Shown: in pieces, positions 34,696 to 47,622 of the stretch
Layout of the letters: each line of letters starts with the position of its first letter
Position numbering within the stretch: the stretch's first letter is position 1
NCBI RefSeq assembly: GCF_009914755.1
Contig: NC_060939.1
Direction: 5' to 3' (one strand)
DNA length: 64,000 nt
Source of the DNA: the human T2T-CHM13v2.0 reference genome, Homo sapiens
The notes under the pieces: model-generated
Told to the model about the DNA's origin: nothing
What the model saw: only the letters and a program-made list of their open reading frames with translations
The model's database searches: none
Program-made: the position numbers and the translations under genes

Positions 34696-35214
34696 CAATA
34701 ATATTGAGAGGCCCAGAGACATTAGAAATAACACCCAAAGTCACAATGCTCAATTTGAATAAGAAATAACATCTATCAGTCTGGTATGTTGCATTTGGAG
34801 GCCATAATATAGACAGATCCTTGCAGGAGAGAAGAATGTGTCTTGAGACCAAGAGAATACATGGCTTTCTAAGATGAACACTATTCCAGTAAATTAACGG
34901 ATTGTATTTATTGGAATGACAGGAAAAAGCCTAACAAGTTTTCCAAAACTTTCAGGATAGATAAAAACCAGCTGAAGGAAAGCAGAAGCAGGTTTTAACT
35001 ACAAGAAGTAAGTTTTAAACACAGTTTGAGAATATTGGTTTGGGACCTGAGTGAAGGAAAGGGTGATCAGTGGTGCATTTAACAAGGTTCTTAGACTCTC
35101 TTTGTGGTGAACTAGAGAACTGATGAGGATTTATGATAGAAACGGATTAACTAAACATAGTAACAAGTACTAGGCCTGTAGAATAAATAAGAATTTTAAA
35201 AAAACATAGGGGTA

Positions 35215-35410
35215 CAAGTAAACCTGGGGAAATCCGAATAAGATCATGAGAATGTATTAATGTCAGTATCCTGGTTGTGATATTGTATAATAATTTTGCA
35301 AGATATTATCATTAGGAGAAACTGGGAAAAGAGGAAACAGAATTTCTCTTCATTATTTCCTATAACTTGCATATAGATCCATGTTTCAAAATAAAATGTT
35401 TAATCTTTAA
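35215..35410 (+). mobile_element. L1MC/MD-type 3' end
   Basis: aatgtcagtatcctggttgtgatattgta..ttttgcaagatattatcattaggagaaactggg..tcaaaataaaa. Confidence 0.65.
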
Positions 35411-35518
35411 AAATAGGTTCCTTATTGAAGTGTAAGATGCCAATACCTACAACAGTGATAAATATTGTGGAATTAATTAATTAATGACATTGTCAGGTCA
35501 TTATGTGTTAATTTAAGG

Positions 35519-35873
35519 TGCTATATTGAATGTTTGTGTCCCTCCAAAATTCATATGTTAAATCCTAAGGCCCAATGTGATATTTGGAGGTGGGGCCTTT
35601 GGTAGGGAATTAGGTCATGAAGAGCCCTTATGAGTGGGATTAGTGTCCTTATGAAAGAGGCCCCAGAGAACTCACTTGCCCCTTCTGCCATGTAAGCTAC
35701 AGCAAGAAGACAGTTGTCTATGAACCAGGAAGCTTGCCCTCACCAGATACTGAGTCTTCTGGAGCTTTGTTCTTGGACTTCCCAGCCTTCAGAACTGTGA
35801 GAAACAGTTTTCCATTGTGTATAAGCCACCCAGTCTATGGTATTCTGTTATAGCAGGTTCAACAAACTAAGAA
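35519..35873 (+). mobile_element. MLT1A-like MaLR LTR
   Basis: tgctatattgaatgtttgtgtccctccaaaattcatatgtt...cagtctatggtattctgttatagca..aactaag. Confidence 0.85.
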
Positions 35874-35912
35874 GTAGGTCACCCTATATCATTTCTTTTT
35901 ATCTTCCTATTA

Positions 35913-36555
35913 TAGTAGTCCCCCTTTATGTGTTAGGAATACATTCCAAGACCCTAGTGAATGCCTGAAATCAAGGATAGTACCAAACCCTATACATTCT
36001 TCTCTCAGTATCCTGGGGAGGGGACTGGTTCTAGGACCCCCCCACTGCAGATACCAAAATATAAAACAGCTCAAGTCTCTTATATAAAATGGCATATTAT
36101 TTACATATAGCCTAGGGTACATCTTCCCAAATACTTGAAATAATCTCTAGATTACTTATAATACCTAATGCAAAGTAAATGCTATGTAAATTGTTGTTAT
36201 ACTGTATTATTTATTTGTATGATTTTTATTGCTGAATTTTTTTAAAAAATATTTTTTATTTGCAGTTGGTTGAATCTGCAGATGTAGGATCCACAGATAC
36301 AAAGAGTTGACTGTTTATATTATGTTTTTTCCAATACACATATACCTACAGAAAGTTTAATTTAGGCACAATAAAAGATTAACAATAACTAATCATGAAA
36401 CAGTACAATGATAACAACATCCTGTAATGAAATTCATTGCCTCTCTCGCTCTCTGAAAATATCTTATTCTGCTGTAGTCACTTGTTTTCAGACTGTGGTT
36501 GACTAAGGGTAACTGAAAACACAGGAAGCGAAACCATGGATAAGGGGGGCCACTG
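35913..36555 (-). mobile_element. MER44 (Tigger7-derived) with nested MER2 at 35995-36313
   Basis: Terminal inverted repeats agtagtccccctttat / ataaggggggccactg; internal MER2 flanked by TA. Confidence 0.75.
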
Positions 36556-36884
36556 TTGTATCATTTCTGGGCTATTGTAATAGTATTTAACTTGGTCTTA
36601 TTGTTCGCAATGTCCACTTTGCACAAGACTCCCAGACTTCTTTCCCTAAAACACAACTTCGATGACCCTTCCAATCTTAAAAAGCACCAATAATTCCTCA
36701 TTGTGTACAGAATAAAATCAAGTAATTTTAATGTAGCATTCAGGGTTTCAATCTTACTAGGCCCCTACCTCAATATTCCTTATGAAATCTCCCCTCCAGA
36801 CAAGTAAATTGACTTCCTGTTGCCAGTGTGTGCCTTAAGCTCACTTGCTTCTGTAAGCCATCTCTTTAGACACACCTGGACACG

Positions 36885-37080
36885 TTCCTCATCTTGACTC
36901 TTATCTGCTAAGTAACCTCAAGGAAGTCCCTTGTTCTCCTAGTCTTAGTTTATTCATCGGAAAAGTGAATATAATTAGAATGACTTCCACAGCTTTATGA
37001 AGAATGGGATAACATGTTCAAAATTTCTTACACAATGCCTGGTACATAATAGGATTTTGGTAAATAGTCATTTTCTTCCT
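36885..37080 (+). mobile_element. MIR
   Basis: tcttagtttattcatcggaaaagtgaatataat..gataacatgttcaaaatttcttacacaatgcctggtacataataggattttggtaaatagtc. Confidence 0.65.
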
Positions 37081-40000
37081 ACCTTTTACCTTACAACCAA
37101 ACTAATTGGTGCCCTTTTCTACCCACTGTGGTCCTTTCACAATGTATTTTATACCTACCAGCCTCCAATAGATTGTCTAAATCACTTTCGTCTTTAATAC
37201 TCACTTATTTAGGAAAAAACTGTTAAGAGAAAACAATGATTTTTCTTAAAGCACTCCAGTCCCATCATCATTTGCAGTAAAGCTTTGTATGGCTCAGTCT
37301 CACATCCATACAACGTCAATCCATAAAGACAAAAGTTGTAACCCCTCACTGAATGGGCATCTGATGGGAACAGGAAACACATATTTGTGTGTTTATTAAA
37401 GCAGGTTATGTTTTCTGAATGAATAACATTGAATAAACACTGAGTGAGATGCTCAGCTTTCTAGTATTACCACTCAGCCTGCTTTAGGGCTATTTCAAAG
37501 ATAATAAGGAGATATGACCTGCATAAATCTAAAGAACAGTTCGGACGTAAATGGTGCCTGAGTGAATGAAGGAATTGATGTCTCCTAGAGCAGAAGCTAT
37601 AAATCTAGATAAGTAAAATAACATTCAATTGTCCTCTTACTAAAACAGGACAAAAAGACAGACAGTCCTCCTCCCTGTTCCCCTTTCCAGGCCACTAGTT
37701 CCCATACCTTCTCCTCTCCTGAGGGAAATGGACAAAGAAGTTGACTGTTGCCGATCCTTTCTCAACCTAGGCAACTTGCTTTTTCAGGAGGTGAGAGGCA
37801 AGAGGAGTGATGAGAGGCATGGAGGAACAAAGATGCCTGCAGGGAGGTTTATGTTTTTTTAAATGCCATTTAAAATGTCTGTAGCCCAGGGGCAGAAATA
37901 TGAACTGTGCTTCTAGAAGGTGCATTTTGCAGGAAAATAATATTTGACCACGGGTTGAGAGGCAGGTTTTGTTACTGGCTTTGCTATTGACTGATTCCAT
38001 GGCTCTAGATGTTTCACTTCTCTCTGGGTCTCAGTTTCTTCACTTGTAGAATCAGGGAATTGGACCGGGTCATCTCAAGGCCTTGTAGCAATGACTTTAT
38101 CTGCCTTAAATCTTGGCCCCTTGAGTTGAGCTGTGTCATTTAAAGGGTCCATTCTATTTCATATGGGAAGAAAATAAAGAATTTCTCATAATCTTAGTAA
38201 CAAATGTATTAGTTGAAATGAAAAGACTAAGACTAAAAAGAGATACACAGTAAAGGTGGAATAGATGTGGAGCAGAACAGAAAGGAATAAAATCAGTTAG
38301 ACATTTATATATGAGGAATATGTGCTCCTCTCTGGAACCTCTTTGATGGGAATGTAAGACAGACAGAGGCACCCTGTTTGCTGGCTTGGAGAAGACTGGC
38401 TTTCCTCCTGAAGCATTAGAATGTGACTGGGGTGAGAGATGGCCCTGAGCCCGGGGGTGAATGAAGCAAAGTTCAACAGTGAGCAAAGAGGAACTAGGTA
38501 ATTTTTCCCTCCTGTGCTACCCAGAAAAAAGTTGACTCTACAGACTGCTCGTGGTCTTGGTCACATTTTTTAATGTTTCTCCTCCAAGGAGGTATTTGGA
38601 AAAAGAAGATAAGTCATGTTTGATTCCTTTATGATAGTTGAGGCAGTGCTTGCTCAAAATTAACAAACTCCCCTTCCTTGCAAAGGATTTAATTTTATTG
38701 TCAGGTTTTTCTTCAAAACATCTTGGTGAGAACTGTGGGGAAAAGATTATTCAAAGAAACAGTGGATGGCAGTATTGGTTTGCTGCTCTAAAGCAGAAAG
38801 CAATGGAAAGTACAATTTTTTAAAGAAGAAAAGTAACATATACTCGATCTTCTGAAAGAGCTTCACACAGACATGAGTCTAAAATCATGAAAAGTTCATA
38901 TTTGCAGTTTCAAAACCAAATAAGGGAACTATGTCAGATGATTTGAGAATATTGCATTAAAAAATGTAAAGAAGGGAAAATGTTGACCTAGAAGAAACAA
39001 TGGCCTCTTTTAATTCGGTTTTACATATCATCTTCACACAGGTAAGTGTTGGTTAACATACAAAAATAGCCAGTCAAGAGACTACAACCAAAGTAAATGG
39101 CATTCTAAAGCATAATAGCAATTGCATGTCTTTTGTAGAGGTGGAAGATTTTAGATTAAAAGGGAGGTGAAGATAGAGAGGGAAGAAGGATGGGATACAT
39201 ACAGTCAACTAATTATGAATGTCATTTTTAGCTATGAATATACATGTTTCACTACTTAAATAGCACTTATCACCTTAAAAATTGCAGGTCATTTTTGCCT
39301 AATTATTCCCCTTTTTGTGTCCCTCACATCTCCCTTGGTATACTGATTCAAAGAGTGACTTATTTGTACATGTTATCCCCCATTAATTCAATAGATATTT
39401 TTGAGCATATATGAAATGCAAAGTACTAGGGATACAGAGACCCTGGCTAGGGAAATAGACACGTAAGTAAAAAAACGTCATACAGTGTGGTTAAGTGATA
39501 ACTAGATAGTTTCTTCAATTGTCTCAGAATGGTGGGGTGAAAGTACAGTTTTTTGTCTTTATCATTGCTCCTCGCACTGTGTCAAGTTTCCCTATCTCGT
39601 GGACCTATGCTAAATCACATCTTGGGCAGATTTCAAAATCTCCCAAGCACTTCCAGTTATTAAAGTTACAATTCTTCATTTTCAGTTTAAAACTTCTTTT
39701 TTTCTACCACATTTAAAGAGATCCACTGCAGCCCAGCTGTATGGCTGCAGAGACCTGAAGAAGGAAAGCTTAAGTCCCCTTTTTGATCTTGTTTCTGGGG
39801 CTATGATATGCTCAGAGACACAGCTCCACCCACAGACACATCCTGCACCTTCCCTTTTCAAGGCCTAATTCTATATACATCTCTTGGGGCTGCTGGTCTC
39901 TGTTCCTCTGGCTGTTGTGAATCTCTGTGTACAGACACCAAACAGCTCCATCTCAATGTCTTCCAAATCTTTTAGCTCCTGCCCCCATCAAATTATCACA

Positions 40001-40479
40001 GTCCCTTTGTGAGTCATTTGCTCCAGCCTCCGGGCCTCTGTGATGCCCCTTGACCCAAAGAGAACTCATGCACTTTCGTGATGGCTGCTCTGCCACTCTT
40101 CTTTTGCTCTGTGCTGTCATCTCTTTCTCTCAAATTACTTTTGCTCTGCCCAGGTAGATGCAGGGCAAATGAACAAGTCAGCTGCCTGGCCAAATGACCA
40201 GCTGAGAAAAGAGATGCCAACATCCCTCCCACAAGCATCTTCAATCTTTTGGAACTCCCTTTACACAGCTTAACTCTATAAAGTTTACATCTCTGGAAGT
40301 GAGGGAAGGATATGAATTGAAATGGGAATGTACAAGCCAAGGCTGTGGCAATGGGGATGCTGACCCATTGGAAGATGAATAGGAAAGGAGAGGCTGAGGG
40401 TGCTGCCAAAATTTCTAGCAGCAAAGACTGTGGATAATGATATTATTATCTAAGAAAAAAAGAAATGTTGGGGTAGTCT

Positions 40480-41355
40480 GAAAAAATTAAAAAGAAAATG
40501 AGCTGTTTTCTTCTGCTTTCACACCACAAAAATCATCACAAAAGACTTCTGAATGCAGGGGTTTCTCCCCATATACCAAGCAAGCCATCAGTTCTGCAGC
40601 ACACCCAGCTGGTTGTCCTCCAATTCAATTCCAACACTATCTACCTGGAGATAGTGTCAGATCCCATAGGTTGAGGGCTCAGTCCTGCAAGACTGTCCTC
40701 TACCTCACTTCCTACCAGTTGCATGTACCAGTTGCATTCTCCAGAACTGACTGACCTACTTCAAGTTGAGGTTCCCATGACCCCATCTTGGGGTTCAATT
40801 AATTTGCTAGAGCAGCTCACAGAACTCAGGAAAAACACTTATGTTTACTGGCTTATTACAAAGTATACACATGAAGAGATGCATGGGGTGAGGTATGAGA
40901 GAAGGGACACAGAGCTTTTATGCACCTGGGCACACCACACTCCAGGACCTTTTATGGAGACCTCATTGGATAGGCATGACTGACCACTGCATAGAAATGA
41001 TTGAACAAAAAGGGTATGATCTAATGTTCATAGGCTGAGTGGGGAAACCCAGCAAGTTCTGTCCAGATTCTTCTTGGCCTCTCTATGCAGCATTTCTTCC
41101 TCTGGGGCATGGGAAGGACCCTTTCTGAAATGAGGGTCTTATTACTCACAATCAGAAAGTCAGAGAAAGATTAGAGTCCTGCTTTGGGCAAGCAAAAGGA
41201 GGGCAGCAAAAGTTTAGAGAGAGAGAGGTTATGTTTTCGAAGGCCTCCTTCTGGGGCCTAAAGTGCCCCCAACATTACAACAGACTGCAACAAGGGCTAT
41301 GGAAGTTATGAGCCAGGAACCGTGGATGAAAACCAATATATATAACCATATGTCA
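40480..41355 (-). mobile_element. MER21-family LTR
   Basis: cacaccacaaaaatcatcacaaaagacttctg, ccagctggttgtcctccaattcaattcc, acaagggctatggaagttatgagccaggaaccgtggatgaaaacc. Confidence 0.8.
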
Positions 41356-43636
41356 TGGGAGGGAAGGGAATACATTTAGTTCTGGACATAAGGTAGTGGA
41401 CATCCAGACATAAATGGACTAAATGGAATGTTATTTAAACCTAAGAAATAAATAAGAATTACAATGTAAGTTGGAAGAGATTCCAAATCTGAATAGAGAA
41501 TTTAGGCCTTGATGAATATGCAATAAAGAAAATGCAAAAAGAATAGGGTGAGCAGAATGCTGATTTCAGAAAGATCTTCTCAGGATGACCATGGACAAAA
41601 TGGAACATTATGAGATCAAGCAAACAAGATCAAAGTCTAACATAAGGCATTCCAAACTTGGAGAGATCAGGAAACAAAAAATTTTTAAATGTGTTTTCAA
41701 TTTAGCAGTCCAAAAATAATAGGAGAAAAAAATAGGGTCAAACAATAAAAGAAGTAAGAAAAGGATTAATTCCAAAATCGCTCATATTCAGACTTTTTAA
41801 AATTCACTTTAAAAAAGGCAACAAACACAAGAATGGGCAATCAGAAAATGGTAAGGACTACACAAAATTAGCTTCGAGTAACCACGAGCTCATCTGAAAG
41901 CTTGGGAAATGCTTACGAAAATACACAACTCATAGATTACTAGCAGTTAAGAAAATTTGAGATTTGAAAGTATTTACAAATTGAACTCAATCTCTTCAAC
42001 ATCAAACTCACATCCCAGGCAATGTAAATGAATTGCATAGCTAGCGAGGAGCAGAGGCACAGGAGAAGCCAAATGTCCCATGCCCAGGACCAGCTCTCCT
42101 CCACTACCATCAGCGTCACTTTTACTAACCAATTTAAAATGCCACTGAAAGTGGCTCTTGGAAAGTCATTAGGTGTCTTTGAGAAGAATGGGTGACACGG
42201 CCTTCTTTTGAAAGAAAATGTGAAATCATCTAGGTAATCTTCCCCACCATACCCACCCTGGATTCCCATGACATTAGTAATCCCTCAACATTTTCACCCA
42301 TCGGCTGACTCAATTATATGGAGAAACACATTAAAGACTACAGTCCTTTGGAGTACATACAGACACCTTTTGAAAGCTTGGTTTGTACATTATGACCAGT
42401 ATCTATTCCTACTATTTCTGAGAAAAATGAAGAGTTTTAATAATACGTAAATAACCAGTAGATGCAGTCATATTTTCCCTGTCTGTATCAGGATTATTTA
42501 ATAAAAGAGAGAACTTTCTGTAATTCTTGATGAGACTGTGACATGGAAAGGAAGGTAGCAGCTATGGTCTGGGACCTTAAGATCACTACATATTCTGGCA
42601 AGAATCTGCCGTCTTTAAATATCAAATAAAAGAATAAAATATTTAAGAATGCTGTAAGTGGCTGCCTCCCATGGTTTTTTTTAATGTCTATTCGATAATT
42701 CAATTCCACGATGTAAATAGCTGGCAGCAGCAGTGTTGTGTGCTAAATATCTCATTACAAAATGCTAGAAAACTAGAGAATTACTGACAATTAAGGGTTG
42801 GTACACACAAGTGGCCAAAATTGCAGTTTACAAAAGAATGATAATTGCTCAAGAAGATAGAATTGATGCATATAATTGGATTTGGTCATTTTACTTTTAT
42901 CATGAGTTTGCATTACCTCAAATGGATGAATGCAGTTGCTATATGAATTAACATGCACCATTTCTATCCCAGCTTTCCTTTCTACACTATTGCCCCCTAA
43001 CCCTCAGCCACAACTACACTCAGAGTTTTTACTTTCTATTTTGATTTCTGTATCAGTGCTTTCTTTTCTTTGTGCATTCTGGGATAGCACTGGCAATCTA
43101 GTTAGACAGCAAATTTCAAAATGCAATAAAGTTACAAATATTTGAATTAACATATGTAATGGAACATGATTGATTGATTGTATTCAATTACTGGTGAATT
43201 GCAAAAACAAATTTCAAAGTGTAGTGTGAGGACCACAGGTTATATTAATGTTTGTAGTATTTGCAATGCTCACCCTATTATGAGTGTCACCAGTAAAATA
43301 TTGCACTATTCATTCGATTCAAAAGCACCATTGTTCTTAATACTTATTCTGGTGAGTAGACTCATGATTTTCAAGAAGAGACATAAATAAATTTGTTCAT
43401 ATGGCAAATTTAAGGGTTGTGATAGTATACTACTGCAGAGGTTTAACAAAACAAAAATTGTTGAAGAAGGCAAAGAATATCAGGACAAGACAATGATTGA
43501 TCTTTCAAAAAAGTTGATCCTCATAATTTTTTCTTGCTTCCATTTCCTACCAAGATGAAAAAGTTTCAATGTTAAGACTGTTAGGGAAACAAAGAATCCT
43601 TACTCAAACATACTTGCCAATTTGCATAACTGGTTT

Positions 43637-44003
43637 TATGTTAGTCTGTTTTCATACTGCTGATAAAGGCATACCTGAGACTGGGCAATTTACAAAAGAA
43701 AGACGTTTATTGGCCTTACAGTTCCACATGGCTGAGGAGGCCTCACAATCATGGTAGAATGCAAGGAGGAGCAAGTCACATCTTAACGTGCGTGGCAGCA
43801 GGCAAAGAGAGGGTGTGTGCAGAGAAACTCCTGTTTTTAAAAACATCAGATCTTGTAAGACCCATTCACTATCAAGAGAACAGCATGGGAAAGACCTGCC
43901 CCCATGATTCAATTATCTCCCACCGGGTGCCTCTCACAACATGTGAGAATTATGGAAGCTACAAGATGAGATTTGGGTGGGGACACAGAGCCAAACCATA
44001 TCA
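43637..44003 (-). mobile_element. THE1A/B solo LTR with 5-bp TSD ggttt
   Basis: Full LTR ending gagccaaaccatatca; ggttt at 43632-43636 and 44004-44008. Confidence 0.92.
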
Positions 44004-44128
44004 GGTTTCATGTACTGAAATCAGTTCTACACATTTCTGACAATTGCAGACATTTTTTTCATTATATATATAACTTTGGACATTTAGGAGACAATTGAAA
44101 CTTGGGTGGCTGAGGTGGGCTGACCCCA

Positions 44129-44700
44129 AGTGATGGTTAAAATTTGTGTATCAACTTAACTGAATGCCCAAAGAACTGTTAAACTTGATTTCTGGGCATG
44201 TTCATAAGAGTGTTTCTAGAAAAGATTAGCATTTGAACTGGTAGACTGAATAAAGAAGACTGTCCTCACCAATACAGCTGGACATTATCCAATCCACTGA
44301 GGGCCTGAACAAAATGCAGAGGAAGGGCAAGTTTGCTCTCTGAGCTAATGCATTCATCCTCTCTTGCCCTTAGACATTGGCTCTCCAGGTTCTTGGGCCT
44401 TTGGGTTTGGTCTAAAACTCTACCATCCACTTTCCTGGGCATCCAACTTGCAGATGGCACATTGTGGGACTTCTCAGCCTCCAGAATCACATGAGCCAGT
44501 TCCTAATAATAAATATCTTTGGGTGTATATATACATATATGTCTGTGTATGTGTGTGTCTATGTGTGTGTGTGTGTACAAAAGCACACATACACACAAAA
44601 AGATATACGTGTGTATATATACATATACACATATACACAAACATACACACACACATATATATCCCATTGGTTCTTTCTCGAGAGAACCCTAACTAATACA
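44129..44700 (+). mobile_element. MLT2 (ERVL) solo LTR containing a (TG)n/(CA)n microsatellite
   Basis: gtgatggttaaaatttgtgtatcaacttaactg...gagaaccctaactaataca. Confidence 0.88.
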
Positions 44701-44990
44701 AGCCACCCCCAACAACACTGTAATTATCTATATAATTATCTACATAAATAACATTTTGTTTAAAGGTATTTTCTGTATACTTGAAGTCTTTTTATCTTCA
44801 AAATGTTTTAAAATTTGAACTTTCCCACAAAGGATAAAACTTCAATCTCTTAAAAGCCAGCTCCAAATACAGGTAAAAAAAAGAAACTGCTGAGAAGGAG
44901 GAAAGAATGCTGAAAGATATCAAGCGGGTGGGAGGTTGTTGGCTTGGGATTTGGGATAGCATTAAGCGGACCTCCTCTGGGTCTCTTGTC
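44701..44990 (-). pseudogene. LOX-like last-exon remnant (C-terminal helices)
   Basis: VRLMLSQIPSQQPPTRLISFSILSSFS..YL, then ILKHFEDK / KDFKYTENTFKQN. Recalls LOX 'IL.TLP....A...I....IL..FS....YL...FQ..L..I...I..RN'. Acceptor gtgtttgcaaag. Confidence 0.65.
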
Positions 44991-45249
44991 CTTTGCAAAC
45001 ACTGATTTCAGCGTTCTAAGACCTCGCTCCTAAGTAAAGGGCATTTTATCCTCCAAACTGCTGTTAAAGACTTTGTTCTTACCTTTTCTCCTCACACCCT
45101 CACCTGTCTTCCATCACTCCTTTTATTCCAGCAGCACCACCAGTCTTCTTACCTAGAAGTAAAAGAAAATCAATTTCGAATACTATCTTTGTCATTTCAG
45201 TCCAAGGTTCTATTAACACAAAATAATGACAATTTAAGTCATTTATTGT

Positions 45250-45571
45250 GTGTTTTTTTGTTTTGTTTTGTTTTGTTTTTGAGACGGAGTCTCGCTCTGT
45301 CGCCCAGGCTGGAGTGCAGTGGCGCATCTTAGCTAACTGCAAGCTCCCTCTCCCGGGTTCACCCGAGTTCACGCCATTCTCCTGCCTCAGCCTCCTGCGT
45401 AGCTGGGACTACAGGTGCCCGCCACCACGCCCAGCTATTTTTTTTTTTTCTTCTAGTAGAGACGGGTTTCACCGTGTTAGCCAGGATGGTCTCGATCTCC
45501 TGACCTCGTGATGCACCCGCCTCGGCCTCCCAAAGTGCTGGGATTACAGGCGTGAGCCACTGCGCCCGGCC
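45250..45571 (-). mobile_element. AluY with (GTTTT)n tail, TSD atttattgt and a 10-bp internal duplication
   Basis: Y diagnostics; TSD at 45241-45249 and 45572-45580; cccgggttca/cccgagttca at 45352-45371. Confidence 0.92.
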
Positions 45572-46079
45572 ATTTATTGTTTTATTGTAAGCCTGTGCAC
45601 CCAAAGACAGTGTTAGTTCTTCCGTTTTCCATTAAGTGTATTGTATTTTTGTTGTGATCATTTTTGTAATTTAAATATAATTGAAATAGTTACAAAGCTT
45701 GTGAAAAATAGCAGCTCAAAGGCAAATAACATGTAATTCTCATTCTATTTGGCAAACCCAGCATCATCATGAAAAGTTGCACTTTTTGCACAACAAAGGT
45801 CACTTGAAATTTACACCAAAAATTCAAAGTCTTTGAATATTCAAAAGGAAGAGATGTAACAAATGGTTAACATTAGAAAGCTCTCAGTATCTGATTTTCA
45901 GGAGTATGTTGTCTTAGGCTACAATGTGAGACATTCAGTGTTTACACTTTCTTCATACAACTTATAAGAGCATAATTAAAACACTCACTTCACAGCTCTA
46001 CCTTCCACCAAAAAAATCAGTTTGATATAAGAAAAATAAATACCTTTGACTGGAGGAATTCAATCATAATGAAATCATA

Positions 46080-46430
46080 AAGGACTAAATGTAGCTTGAA
46101 TGGGTGGACATTAAGGGAGTGTATGAGAAGGCAACTAGTTTTTAAAAGAAATAAACACATAAGAAATGTAGCAGAGGGTGAATAATTGGGAATAATTGAA
46201 TGAAATCGAGCAAGAGAATATTAAGTTGTATATTAAGAAGTATTTCCTAACACTGAGGTTTGTTGGAGTCTGGGAAAATTACCCTTTCAAAGGAAATGGT
46301 GGAAACTCTTTTTCTTACCTCATTTAAACTAGATTGGCTCAAGCTTCCCTCTGTGGGTATAGGCCTATTTGGACAACTGTAGGTAGATGATTCTAATAAA
46401 TTGTTTTTACTCCTGATTTCTATGAACCAA
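46080..46430 (+). mobile_element. CR1/L3 LINE 3' fragment
   Basis: aagttgtatattaagaagtatttcctaacactgagg..tgggaaaattacc..ggaaatggtggaaactc..tttaaactagattgg resembles the CR1 ORF2 end (RL.IRK.FLT.R.V..W..LP.EVVE.P). Confidence 0.6.
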
Positions 46431-47235
46431 ACATTTTAAGTCATCTGGTCCTTGATTCTGAAAATAAGTTATTCCCCTTCTAACCCTCTATCTCCTTTTT
46501 CTCCTACCATTTCTTTGACCTACTTTTAAAACAAACATCAGGAAAATGTACTATATCATTCTTTTGACAGAGTAAAATGAACTGAGTAAATAAGAGTATT
46601 TAAATGTGGTCCAGTTGTAGTTTGGAATATTCTTGGAATGGAAATTTGTATCTATTAAATAAGAACTAGCTGTTTGAGCCTTGTTAAGAAAATGTTTACT
46701 ATGATTATTGTAACTCTAAAGTAATACAGAATTCAGTTCTAATTACAAAAGTGTTCTATTCAACCAACCACTCAGAACACCCTCCATTCAAATGCTCTTG
46801 TTATTCCATAAAATTTATGGTAAAACCTCAATTTTTATTTCACATATGTAGTAAAAAATATATTTATACAATTATACTTATAAATAATATGAATACATAA
46901 AATATATTTTTATTTTCTATAAGTACTATATATTATTTTACAATAATATATAACAATTTCCACATTTAATAAGCTAAAATTCTGTAAGTATAGTTGTTAC
47001 AACAAATAGCATTATTTCCTTGGATTTATTAAAATTACATAGCTTTTCTATATAAACAATAAGAAGTTTCCAGAGACACAAGTTGGGAAATTTATTTGTT
47101 TGTAGTAGATGACAAATTTTGTATATTGAAATATAAATAGCAAGTAGAATTTTCACATTTTTCCTTCAACTTAAATGCCTGTGCTATGGTATATAGGAAA
47201 AGGAGATTTCTCAAATATGAGTCAGAAAAGGTTAC

Positions 47236-47622
47236 CTTATTTTTTCCCCAGGTAAGACTAGTGATTTTGATGGGGTCAAAATTACCAAAAATGATTTAGG
47301 ATGTAGAATGAAGGGCCACATCTTGTAACCAAACAATAATTGACTGAAGTTTCTCATCTATTCACATCGCTGTTGGAGAAGCTGTTTGGGAAACCCCTTT
47401 CCATATCTTCTTGTTGACCAGTTTGAACCAAGAACATTATTTGATCATTCTAGGCAAAGAGCAGTCTTGTTTCCATAAATGTTGTTTATAGAGCCGAGTA
47501 CAATGGTGCAATTGGCCTCCTCCTTATAATGAATGAAACACTTGGTAATCTTGGGGGTTTCTAATCTGTTTATCAGATGGACTGATGAGCTGGATTTATT
47601 TAATTGTTATCACCAAGCTGAC
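47236..47622 (-). pseudogene. LOX-like exon remnant covering the YRDD, GFP and H-x3-N iron-ligand regions
   Basis: Across frameshifts: HLINRLETPKITKCFIHYKEEA / LYSAL*TTF / NDQI-CSWFKLVNKK / ERGFPNSFSN / EKLQSIIVWLQDVALHST / LNHF; donor AAG|gtaacc. Confidence 0.7.

Noticed and set aside
39030-39050. Perfect donor CAG|GTAAGT (also at ~13288)
   Set aside because: No convincing paired acceptor or coding signal; expected by chance in 64 kb.
41940-42269. 109-aa minus-strand ORF (MGIQGGYGGEDYLDD...)
   Set aside because: No recognisable family, the distal part looks MIR-like, and there is no splice support.
47235-47260. Plus-strand ttttttccccag|gtaag as a recursive splice site
   Set aside because: It lies antisense to the end of the LOX-like exon remnant, has a nearby upstream AG, and no plus-strand gene is evident.
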